The position numbers and the translations under genes are program-made. Shown in pieces: positions 53,027-64,000 of a stretch of 64,000 bases of DNA (the first letter of the stretch is position 1; the number at the start of each line of letters is the position of its first letter). Under the pieces are notes generated by a model that made no database searches, was not told the DNA's origin, and was given only the letters and a program-made list of their open reading frames with translations. Source of the stretch: Camelus ferus (Eukaryota); contig NC_045707.1 in NCBI RefSeq assembly GCF_009834535.1, positions 47,184,001 through 47,248,000 on the forward strand. The letters are read 5' to 3'.

Positions 53027-54840
53027 TACTTGAAATGAGCTTCTTATAGATAGTGTATAGTTGGGTCATGCTTCTTAATCCACCTGCCAATCTTTGTCTT
53101 TTAATTAATATATCAGAGCCTTTACATGTATGTAATTATTGACATGATAGAGCTTATGTCCCCCATTTTATTTTTTTCCATTTGTTCTGTTTTCACTGTG
53201 TTTTCCTTTGTTTGCTTCTATTTTCCCCCCAACTTCCTGTGGATTATTGAAAATTTTTTAGAATTTTGTTTTGATTTAGTGATAGTGTTTTTGAGTGTTT
53301 CTCTGTTTATGACTTTTTTAGTGGTTGCTTTAGGTATTACATTACACATACATAACTTATTACAGTTACTAGTATTGGCATTTTACCAGTTAAAGTGAGG
53401 TGTAGAAATCTTATCTCCCCTTCTGTCATTTTACTCTACCTGTTTATGGGTGCCTTATATAATTCATCTACATACACTCAGAACCATATTAGACAGTGTT
53501 ATCATTATTGCTTCATTTGTCAATTTAGAAAACTTAAGAGGAGAAGGAAAATTCATTGTATTTATTCATATTTTTACTCTTTCTGTTGTTTTTTCTTCTT
53601 TCTTGATGTTCCAAGATTACTTATCATTTCCTTTCCATTTAGAGAACTTCCTTTAACCATTCTTTTAGAGTATATCTGATGGTGACAGATTTTCGTAGTT
53701 TTCCTTCATCTGAAAATGGCTAAATTCTTCCTTCATTCCTGAACGGTATTTTCACTGGGTACAGAATTCTAAGTTGACAGTTCATTCCCTTCAATGTTTG
53801 AAAAATGTTGAGCAACTTCCTTCTGACCTCCATGATTTCTGATGAGAAATCTGCTATCATTAGAATTGTTTTCCCCCTCTAAGTAAGGTGGTATTTCTTT
53901 CTTCTTTCAAGTTTTTTCTTTATCTTTGGTTTTCAAAAGTTTAACTATGATGTGTTTTGGCATGAATTTCTTTGTGTTTATCCTGTTTGGGTTCATGAGC
54001 TTCTTGAATCTGTAGGTTTATGTCTATTGGCAAATTTGAGAAATCCAGTCATTATTTATTCAAATTCTTTTTCAGCCCCACCTTTTTCTTTTCTTCCAGG
54101 ACTCCAATGACACAAATGTTAGATTTTTGTTGTAGTTCACATGTCTCTGTTGCTCTGTTCATTTTTCTTTTCAGTGTACCACCTTCTTTCTGTTTTTCAG
54201 ACTAAGTAATTTCTGTTATCCTATTTTCAAGTTCACTGTTTGTGTCCTTTGTCTCCTCCATTCTGTTGCTGAGCCCATCCACTGGATTTTTTATTTCAGG
54301 TATTGTATTTTTCAGTTTTAATATTTCCATTTGATTCTTTGTTAAGTTTTCTATTTCTTTACTGAGGCTTTCTATTTTTTCCATTTATTTCAAATACATT
54401 CGTAACTGCCCATTGAAGCATTTTTATGATGGCTGTTTAAAAATATTTGTCAGATAAGTTTAATATCTTTGTCATTTTGGTGTTGGCATTTACTGATTGT
54501 CATTTTCAATTCAGGTTGAGATTTTCCTGGTTCTTACTATGGTGAATGATTTTTGACTGAATCCTGGACATTTTGAATATTATGTTATGTGATACTCTGG
54601 ATTTTATTTAAACCTTCTGTTTTAGCAGATATTCTCTAATACTGCTCTGACTAGGGGAAGGGATTCTCTTCTTCATTAATGCCTGGTGAGGGTTGAAGTA
54701 CAGGTTTCCCACTCAGCCTCCACTGACACTTAGGGGACAGCAGAGTTTCCTCATTACTGTTGGGGTAGGTGGGAATTCCAGCTCCCCATGTAGCTTCTAC
54801 TGATACCACAGGGGTTGGAGTGGCCTTGTTACTGCTAGAC

Positions 54841-55646
54841 TTCTGACCCTTCTCTCCAGTCCCAATGCCCTCCCTCCATCCTTTCCCAGGGGTTATTAGA
54901 AAATCGGCCTTAGACCCTATAGTGAAGACACGCATTTCAAAAAGGAAATAATTACCTGGATCAACCATGCACAACTGTGATGCCAAACAGCTGTGTGGTC
55001 GCTCTGTCTGTGATGGCCCACCCATGGTCTTTTAATGTGGTTTTCGTATCAAAAGAGTATGCTGTGATTAAGTGGCTTTTTTCCCCGGAATAAACTCTCA
55101 GGCAAGGCATGTCTTTGAAAATATTAAGGGAGTAGATACACTTGGTACTTATTGAAATGGACAGTGATAAATAAATGCTCTTTTCTCATAATTCTACCTG
55201 ATTTCTAGGAAATGTATTTGACAAGCCAAAACTCTAGCACGTAGGAATCTGGAAAACTCATTTCCCGGGATTAATTTCTCAAGGGATTTTTTTTTTTTTT
55301 TGATTTGGGAAATTAGCAGCTTTTCACTTTTCTGCAAGTCTTTGCCATATGTGACTAAAATGAGTTGTCATTTATACAGTGAAAGCAGTTGTTTTGGGAC
55401 ATGTGAAGACATGAATTCTACAAGCACAACAGGGTTTGCACTAAAGAACTGTCATTGTGGTAACACTATTTGGTAGCCTAACTTCATATATATATTCTTA
55501 ATTACACAGTCAGTAATTTGTCACACTGGGGTTTTGAATGTTTGCTTTAAGTGTTGGCTATTTCTATGTTTTATAAACCAAAACAGAATTTCCAAAAACA
55601 ATGAAGGAAACCAAAATAAATATTTCTGCATTTCAAAAAAAAAAAA
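54841..55646 (+). pseudogene. Retro-fragment of a polyadenylated mRNA 3'UTR (parent gene not established)
   Basis: Non-repeat sequence interrupting the L1, with AATAAA at 55615-55620 and A12 at 55635-55646. Confidence 0.8.
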
Positions 55647-56018
55647 TCATAAGTCATAATCAGCTAGTATGAATTAAGTGCCTCAACCAGGCATGTACAG
55701 GAGTTGGAGGGGAGAGGAGAGGCCTACAAAACTTCTATGTCTGAGCATTTACCAGAGACTCCTAGTTTGAGAAACACAATAAAATGTCCACCCAGGTATT
55801 CTTTATCAGGGCTGGGCCAGGAGAGGGAAAGGGCCTCCTTGCCCCTCAAGAGTTCCTAACTAGTGAGGAGTCCTCTATACTCTCTGAGGGTGGAGGGGCT
55901 CCAAAGATCCTGGCAAGAAGCCCTCGGTTGGAACGGGCCTGGTCCTGGGCATTAGCCAGGCGAGCCCGTTCACGTCCTCCTGGCCGAGCTGCCTTCCGGG
56001 CCCTCAGCTCCTGCTCAG
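55647..56018 (-). pseudogene. ABT1: ABT1 retro-fragment: last 56 codons, stop and ~200 nt of proximal 3'UTR
   Basis: Minus strand 56016-55846 translates as [56 protein letters not shown], recognised as the ABT1 C-terminus. The downstream sequence resembles the recalled ABT1 3'UTR. Confidence 0.9.
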
Positions 56019-56964
56019 AAAGTCTTACATCTCCACTAGACCTCCTCTGACACCACCCCAGTAGTGGGTAGGGGGTGCCCCATTACCACAGGTGGAAATC
56101 CAGACTCCCTACTAGATCTTTGCTAGCATGAATGGAGATGGATTCAATGCTTTTTTCTGTGGTGTTGGCTGGAGTAGAATGGTTATTGTTTAAAAGTTTT
56201 CTGTCCTTCTAGGCTTCTCCTTTTCTGGTCCTTTGGCTAGAGAGAGCAAGGTTATTTGTTTTCATTTTTGTTTTGTTTTTTGAGACTTTGTTTGCACCCA
56301 TTGGCATTCTCTGTGTCCAGTTTCTCCATCTCTAAGTCTGGGATATATAGGCAATAAGGAAAGCCAAGGATTTTACCATCATATTGTTCCTTGGGTCCCA
56401 AAGTCCCTTGTGGTCTGCCTTTTTCTTTCTACCTTTCAGAATTTTATGTTTGATTTATGTATAAGGGCCAGGGTTTTTGGTCATATCTATCAAGAGGAAT
56501 AGGGAAAAGTACTTCTCCATTTTTCTGGAAGCAGAAGCCCATAATGTGAATCCAGACTATTTATTTAGTCTTTTAAATCCTGTCCCTGCCCCGAAAGGTA
56601 GATATAAATGAAACTTTAGCCTGGAGATTGCTGAGTTTGAGTTCTTTGACATATTGTGCAATTTAAGAGTAAACCTCATGCCTTGAATTTTCCAGGAAAG
56701 TCTGGGTTTCAAGTAATTTCACTGTTTTAAATAAAAGCATTTCATCAACTGAAGAAGTGATTTTTCATGAAAATAAATTCACAAATACAAGAAAAACTCC
56801 TATACCTGACCCCAAGTCCCAACTTGTATTTTGGGAAATGAGGTTACTTTAGCTGGTCACAAGATACCAGTTAAGCCACAGGTGACCAACATTTATTTTA
56901 TTTTGATGCACTGTTTTGCTAAACATCTGGATGATTGTTTGAGAATAATGACAACAAAAACAAA

Positions 56965-57188
56965 AGTGAACTTTTCAGAGTATTTTACTATGAGCCAGCT
57001 GCTGTGATAAGCTTTTTGTTCATTAGCTCATATAATATTCCCTACAGGCCTATTCAGAAGATAGTAGTATTTTCTCCAGTTTACAGATGAGTAAACAGAG
57101 GCTTAAAGAGGTCAAGTATCTTGCTTAAGGTTATGCAGCCAGCAAACGGGGGAGCTTATTCTCTCTGACATCATTGCCCATGCTGTGA
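56965..57188 (-). mobile_element. MIR SINE
   Basis: 'tttacagatgagtaaacagaggcttaaagaggtcaagtatcttgcttaagg'. Confidence 0.85.
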
Positions 57189-57189
57189 G

Positions 57190-57660
57190 CAGTACTGTCT
57201 GATAGAAAAAGTGAGAGCCACACATATAATTTAGAATTTTCTAGTAGCCATATTAAAAAGTAAAAATAGACATGTAAAATTATGTTGAATATTCTATATA
57301 TTATTCAACCCACTATAGCCAAAATATTATCCTTTCAACATACAATCAATTGTTAATGAGACATTTTAGATTCCTTTTTTGTATTGTCTTTAAAATCTGG
57401 TGTATATTTAACATGGTTCATCTCAGTTTGGAGACTGAAGTTTCGTTGGAAATATTTGACGTACATTTAGATTTCAGAAAATTTACAGTTGAAAAAGCAG
57501 GTTCATATATTCAAATTGTTCCAGACATACTTAGAAATTCATCAATAACTAAATTTGGTACAAATTTTAATGTTTAAATAAATTAAGATCAACTACAATT
57601 AAGAATTGAGTTTCTCAGTCATGGTAGACATACTTCAAGTGCTCAGTAGGCACAAGTGAG
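57190..57660 (+). mobile_element. hAT-Charlie element (MER33/Charlie5-like)
   Basis: 'gagccacacatataattt', 'ttttctagtagccatattaaaaag' and 'ttcaagtgctcagtag'. Confidence 0.8.
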
Positions 57661-58809
57661 CTCTATAATCACTCTGTTACCCTGCCTGAGTTCAGTTTTC
57701 TATTGAGAGCCGAATCCAAGGGGAACAAAACCCATGTCATAGCCAGAAAGAGGGAGAAAATTCGTGGAAGTAAAAGAAAGGGTCAGCCAAGGGTCAAGAG
57801 AAAAAGACCTTCCTTTTGGCTGTTGTTGAAGTTACAGTAAGTTCTAGAGTCTTAATTAACCGGAAAGGAAGTAAAAGTATTTTCCTCCACTTCTGAGAAT
57901 GGGTCGGGGGTGCATTCTAAACCTGGCTTTTCAAAGAGGGCTGCTGTGTCTTGATCTGTGAAGGATTAAAGCCAAATGAAAATGACATTGAGCTTCTAAC
58001 ACAGTGGCTCATCAGCTGAGCACATCCCCAAAGTCATGAGCTGTGTCCCTACAGTGGTTAGTCACACAGTGAAATACCCAAGTCAAAACTGAACTGTCCA
58101 CCACAAACCTCAGAATGGAAAAATTCTAGGATTTTTTTTCTTACTGTAGTTGTTCATGGAGGTCTCTCGGTTATGAAACATGTCCTAAAATGGCAGAAAT
58201 ATCTTGGTGCCAAGAAGTAGTTCCTGACCTTTTTAAGCTCAAACCCATTTCACAGTAATATATAATTTCACAAAAGCTCTTAGGAATTAAAAAAAAAAAT
58301 CATTGTATTATTTTTGCAAAGTAACAAGAAGCAAAGAAGTAATTTTAAATTAAAAGTCAATTTGAGAGTGGTATATTATTAAAGATTATATTGAAATATT
58401 TTAACATGTTTTGTAATACTATTTATAGTACATATTAAGACCAATTTTAACTTTATTTAACAATGAACGTATGCTGTTTAATTTACTCTAAATAAATAAT
58501 ATAAAAACCATGACTTGACAAATAAATATAAAAATAACATAAATAACATTGTATCTTGCTTGCTTTGGAGACTGGATTTATATTAAAATGTAGACTGAAA
58601 TTTAACTGTGTTAAATCACCAAGAATATTGGCATGCATGATCTGATGGTTGAGATTCTTGCATTTTGTGTGCTTAAAAAAATTAAAATCATTGCTTTAAT
58701 TTGATTATTTTTTTAGTTCTGTTTCTACAAGAAGAGGTTGGGGAGGGCTTTGGGCCCTTACTATATGGCAAATACATATATGTACATATGTGCACAGAGA
58801 TTGAAAGAG

Positions 58810-59045
58810 AGGGATTTAGAGCTAGATGGTTTCTGGGTTTGAGTCAGACTCTGAGTTACGATTTTGGGAACCTTGGGAACTTACTTAAATTTTCTATACC
58901 TTGTTTTCCTTCTCTATAAAATGGTGTTAATAATTGTACAGACCTCACGGGGGCTGTTGTGAAGATTAAATGAGTTCACATATGAAGGGGGCTTAGAATA
59001 ACTCTTGGTCCATTAGAAAGGCTCCGTAAATGTTAGCCATGGTTT
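58810..59045 (+). mobile_element. MIR SINE
   Basis: 'ttttccttctctataaaatgg' and 'gttgtgaagattaaatgag'. Confidence 0.8.
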
Positions 59046-61464
59046 ATTTCCACCTGTATGTTCCACTCAGTGTGTCCAAAGGCCAGGCTTATCAGTTTCC
59101 ATTCTACGCTTGTTCTTCATGCACTTTCTGTATAAACTGGTGTTACTGTTAAGTACTTTATCACGCTAAAAGCCCATGGTTCAATTTTTCTTCTACTTAC
59201 ACTCCTTATCAAATTACTTGCCAAGTGCTGTTTTAGCTCTGATTTCTCCAAGTCATTTGCTCTTCTCCCTCCCTAGGATCATACACTTTTAACTGATTTT
59301 TCTGTGTTATTTCTTGTCTCCCTAGATTAATTTTCCACGTAGCATAGCACCTAGCTATAACCTAAGTCTGAGTAAAGTCCTCTCCCATTGGTGAATCTCC
59401 ATTGCTTATAAGATTCCAAGAAATCCAAGTTTCTTAGCATAGAATAAATATAAGGGACTCTGTGATCTGTTTCTGCTTACTTCTCATTCATTCATTCAAC
59501 AGGTCTTTATTGAGCACTTGCTACATATTAGCCAAAAATCTTGCCATTCCTACCTGATGCTTTTACTGAAGACAGTGCTGCTTATCATTTCTTGGACTCA
59601 CGTGGTTTTTCTTATCTCTCTGGGATGGCTCACAAGTTATTCTCTGCCTGGAATGCCCTTTCTCAAAGTCACTGAGTGAGCCAGATTCATGTTTCCTGGC
59701 TCTTCACCCAGTTCTCTCTGTCTGTCACACTTGTTCAGGACCAAGCACCTGCCCTCCATCAACCATGAAGTGGGTAGTAGCCTCTCAAGAGATGTTCCCT
59801 GAAACAGTGAGTGCCATCTACAACAATAACCAGACTGGTTCTTATGGCATTTTTTACCAGTTCTTATGGAACTTGCCATATATCATGTTCTCACCTCTCT
59901 TTATCTTAGTGAGCTTCAGCTTCTTTAATCTTAGAAAGCCCTTGGGGCTTAGATGGTCTTTATTGTAAAATACAAGAGGAGTGGAGCCATGTCTCATGTT
60001 GATCTAATACACCAGTCTGGCTAATGGGTTAAGATACCGGTTGTGTCCTCTAACCTTCAACGCACGTTTGACTGAAACTCTGAAAGTGTAAGAATAAGCT
60101 TCTGGGTGGTCAGCTCCCTATCATCTACTGAGCCTGCTGTGGCCCCTCTAACTTAGGCAACCATTCATGTATTTATTGATCCAACCCACAAACCTTCATT
60201 CAGTGTCCACTTTGAACCAAGAGTTTTCCAGAAGTACCTCATGTGACTCTACCAGCCCCTGGTTTATAATCTTTTTCTTCATCCCATAAAGGTTCCACCC
60301 CACCCATAGTGGGTGGTTTGTTGGTTCTTTCTGCTGGATCCCATCTTTGTCTGACACTGAAGTCCGGCCACCTCTTGTTGTCTTATCCCTACTTCTGCCC
60401 TTCATCCTTCAGACTGATTTGTAGGTCTAAAGAGGCTTCTGACTCTCTCCCTCCTGCTCCTCTTCTGTAGGTGAATTTAGATCCTGGGCACAGATGATGT
60501 GTGTTTAGGGGGTGATGGTGGTAAGAGTATTGGAATAGAAATTTAGAGGCATTACTTAGAAGTTAGTTTGACCAAATCTTAAGCTAGAACATACTGGGAC
60601 CATGGAGAGAAACAGGAGCAAAAACAGGGCATTGAATAAATTCCATAAGCATTTGTAAAATCCCCTAAGGATTAGTTTGGATATGAAACTAGGAAAAAAA
60701 AAATAGCCTTGGCTTATAAGAATATATCATATGTGCCATCCAGCTGCTCTGCAAAGATTTTGCTTGGGAAACACAATGCCGGTGTAAGAGGCAGTAGATT
60801 TAAATTTGCAGAGAGTCCCTATCTTCCTCTAGGAACAATTACTCTAATATCTCTTTCCTCATCTCCAAAAGCCACCTGTGACAGTGACAGAGCGAAGTCA
60901 ACAGTACAAGAAGATTCATTATTTTAATTCTTTTGTTTCTGGAAATGATCATTTTACGGCTGGGTTCTCCCTAGTTTATAGAGGAAAATGAGATTCTAAG
61001 AAAAGCTTTGAACTGTTTTGGCTTTCCCCAGAAAGCTGTCCTAGCTGAAGTGGAAGGATAATGGCACTGCTGTCCTAACTGGCATTGAGAGAAACTGTTA
61101 TATCATTTCCTTCAGCCCCTTTCCTATCTCCACCCACTCCCCTCCCACCACGTCGCTCTCCCTTCCTCATCTTTATTCCTTCCAAAGGCCTTGCTCCTAG
61201 ATGTCCTGAAGCTACTCAAATGGGAATAGTGACCTGAGCATAAACTCTCTTCTCAGGTAGTCTAAGGTGGCCAAAGCCACACCCTGAATCCCCTCTGCTT
61301 CCCTGGACCACCATCCTGGCGTCCTGGAGCCTTAGCACTTCTCTCCTTGGGCTGGTCCAGCCTTTCTCAAGCTTCAGTCATTTCAAATTCTCTTCACAAT
61401 TTTGATAAGCCCAAGTAGTGCCCATACTATCAATTTCTTCGTAGTTTTAATTTGACTCACTTTA

Positions 61465-61580
61465 TTTTTTATTTTTGTTTTGGCGGTAATTAAATTTATT
61501 TATTTACTTATTTATTTTGATGGAGGTACTGGGGATTGAACCCTAAGCATGCACTCTACCACTGAACTATACCCTCCCTC
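61465..61580 (-). mobile_element. Vic-1-type camelid SINE, internally deleted
   Basis: 'gatggaggtactggggattgaaccc|taagcatgcactctaccactgaactataccctccc'. TSD ttg(a/g)ctcacttta at 61452-61464 and 61581-61593. Confidence 0.9.
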
Positions 61581-61681
61581 TTGGCTCACTTTAAAAAGCG
61601 TAAATAAACTAATTTTTAAAAGAAATTTAATTCATCACCATAAATGGAAAACTACTATCACTAATGTCAATGGAAGGTGAC

Positions 61682-62012
61682 TGCTATTGTCTGAATATTT
61701 GTGCCCCCTCCAGAATTCACACGTTGAAATCCTAAAGCGTAGTGGGATGGGTTAGGAGGTGCAGCCTTTGGGAGGTGATTAGGTCATGGGAGTGGAGCTC
61801 TCATGAATGGGATTAATATCCGAGCGCTCTCCTGTCCCCTTCCACCACCTGAGAATATAGTGAGCACTCTGCAGCTCAGATGGGGCCCCTCACCTGACTG
61901 TGCTGCACCCTAATCTTGGACTTCCAGCCTCCACGACTGCGAGAAATAAGTTTCTGTTAGTTAGAAGTTACCCAGCCCGTGGTATTTTGTAATAGCTGCC
62001 TGGATTGAGACA
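61682..62012 (+). mobile_element. MaLR solo LTR, MLT1A-like
   Basis: 'gcctttgggaggtgattaggtcatggg' and 'atcttggacttccagcctcca'. Confidence 0.9.
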
Positions 62013-62275
62013 GCAACCTTAACAATGAATGCAACTAGAGCAAAATTACTGATGTCCAATCATGTGGCATCTAGAACCATCTCTCAGGCCACTTGTGTTT
62101 AAGTGCTGCTTTTTAGAAAATCCCTGCAAAGATTCTCCAGTTTGCTCTCAGGTCACTGAGGTGTGTCTAAGGCAGCTTTCTGTTGACCCACAGTGTGTTG
62201 CTCAGTGCTTGGCATGTAATAGACGCCCAGTAAGTAGAAGTTAAATGAGTGAATGAGTGAACTGACCCTTAGTGT

Positions 62276-62320
62276 CCCTCATGAATACTTCTTTTTTTTT
62301 TTTCCCTCATGAATACTTCT
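62276..62320 (-). mobile_element. Solo poly(A) insertion with perfect 17-bp TSD
   Basis: ccctcatgaatacttct + T11 + ccctcatgaatacttct. Confidence 0.8.
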
Positions 62321-63489
62321 AACTGCCACAGGGAGGTAAACTGTTGTTGACTGCAGGAAAGGGGGGGCTTTAAGAAAGGGAGAGTACATTTTTGGAGAAT
62401 TTGTTTTATGTTAGATGGGCTGATTATCTTACCATTGGTATTTGGGAAAAAATAGCTACCTACTTATGAGCTTCGAACTTTGGAAATGAGATTGCCTTCT
62501 AAGAGAACTAAATTGTGAAACAAACATAAAAGGGATCAGATTACACATATAGACAAATTACCTGAAAGGATGCAATGGCTTCTAGGCCCTGCAGACTTGA
62601 CTGTAGCAGGCTTACAGTTATTCACAGAACCGAAGAAAGAATAAGTCCTTCAGAAATGGGTTGATTGGTCTCAGAGGAAGTGTAAATTATGTCTGGAAGG
62701 GGCTATCTGCAGAACAAAGGACTGAACCCATCTGGCCCCAGTATGAACTCTTCAGCTCTGACTACTCTGGAGAGGGCTAGATCTGCCTTCTGTCTGGTTT
62801 TATATTTATACTAAGCAGCCTTCTAATTATAATCTGGTTTCCCATGCAGATTTGTCCACAGGGAGTGAGTACTGCCATCAACTAATCTAGTCTCAGCCTG
62901 CTTGGTGTGCTTTATCTCTTTGAAATCGATCGTTCGACGTTCTGGTTTTGTACATGGGTCTTGATCGTGAGCTTGGCTAAGGGTAGTCTGTCCCTAAGAG
63001 ATGACTGTGTTCTCTGCTCAGTGTTAAGTTTTGAGATGCCCAGCTGGTGGGCTAGAACCTGGAGTGTCAGAAATTCACCCTGCAAGTGCCCTGCTGTGGG
63101 GACCAGTTTGGGTTTCCCATTTTACAAATCAGTGAACTGATTGTTATTGAAAAGGTGCTTTAATACAAAGGTTATTGTAGAATATAGGTGTTCATTCAAT
63201 CTGCATAATTTATTGATGTGCTCTGGGTTTAAGACCAGGGATGCAAGAGGAAGGGGAAGATAATAATAACTGACCGCTATTTAAATGTTTTATGCTAGAA
63301 ATCTGCACCTGGAACTCTTTAGGTTCAATTTAGGCAGATCATAATTTTGAATACCAAAAGGAGAGTTGTTTTCACAGTGACCTCTTTGTTTATTGTAGAA
63401 TGAGAAATAACTGTTATGTATGAAATGCTTACAAAGGGCCAGATGTTGTAGGTTCATTCGTTAGATATTAATTGCCACATCTTTAGCAA

Positions 63490-63812
63490 ACAGACTTTCG
63501 GTGTCTCAGTTTCCTATGTGTAAAATGGGAATACGAATAGGAAACACTGATTATCTACTTTGTGCCAAACAAACACTGTTCTATATGCTTAATCTTAGAA
63601 TTAGCTCGGTAATTTTCATAAGCCACATCGAAGGGCGATGCCACTGTATGATGATTAAACAGAAGAGGAACTTGCCCAGCTAATAAATGGGAGAGAGAGT
63701 GTTTGAAACCAAACCATGTGGCTCCAAAGCCCATCCTTCCGAACACTTCACTACCTCATAGAATTAAGCGTTTGGCTCACTTTTAGCCTCAGTCACTGTT
63801 AGCTATTATGAT
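63490..63812. mobile_element. MIR fragments, nested in opposite orientations
   Basis: + 'tctcagtttcctatgtgtaaaatggga'; - 'aacttgcccagctaataaatgg...tttgaaacc...ctccaaagccc'. Confidence 0.7.
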
Positions 63813-64000
63813 TGTCAGTTTGTTTTCATTGCCCAGTTTCTGGCCTAGGAGGAAAAAAAACAGAGATTGAAACCTTCTGTATCCAAGCCCCCCACCCTTT
63901 TCCATTATCCTTTGCTGCTGTGCATATTCCCCCAGGGAGAACCAAAGTCAAACAACCTCTTTGGCTTAAATTACTCAACTTGAAACTGCCAGCATAACAA

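Larger units (their letters stand above)
51378..56545 (-). mobile_element. Long old L1 (L1MC/MD-like): 5' region, ORF1 and N-terminal ORF2, interrupted
   Basis: Minus ORF 51121-51471 starts GEFNLTFKEELITILHNLF..KIEEEG (ORF2p). Minus ORF 54202-54384 reads KIESLSKEIE..KNQMEILKLKNTI (ORF1p coiled coil). Confidence 0.9.

Noticed and set aside
54841..56018. Standard twin-priming inversion of one processed pseudogene
   Set aside because: The poly(A) is internal, both 3' ends face inward and no TSD is visible.
55784..56050. 88-aa plus-strand ORF
   Set aside because: It is the antisense shadow of the ABT1 coding fragment.
1..64000. CRISPR array, prokaryotic operon or CpG-island promoter
   Set aside because: The sequence is mammalian, with no repeat-spacer structure and no extended CpG-rich island.

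Overview
Mammalian, CpG-depleted, repeat-rich non-coding DNA (intergenic or deep intronic). It is almost certainly from a camelid, because it carries four Vic-1-type tRNA-derived SINEs. I find no intact protein-coding gene or convincing exon; the ORF track is chance ORFs plus decayed L1 fragments. Most of the window is old eutherian repeats: L1, L2, MIR, MaLR/ERVL/ERV1 solo LTRs, and hAT-Charlie and Tigger elements. The notable signal is a set of captured cellular RNAs, several with atypical junctions. The strongest is a ~1.18 kb insert (54841-56018) inside an old L1. In it, a polyadenylated mRNA 3'UTR (+) is fused tail-to-tail through its A12 tail to the C-terminal CDS and proximal 3'UTR of ABT1 (-), with no target-site duplication (TSD). 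The others are an SRSF2-like 3'UTR retrofragment inside an MLT2 LTR, a 28-nt U2 snRNA 5' fragment with TSD, a polyadenylated LTR-transcript retrocopy, a SINE/L1-tail chimera, two solo poly(A) insertions and a 101-bp near-perfect local templated duplication. Family and gene names come from recall of consensus or mRNA sequences, not from database searches, and repeat boundaries without a stated TSD are approximate.
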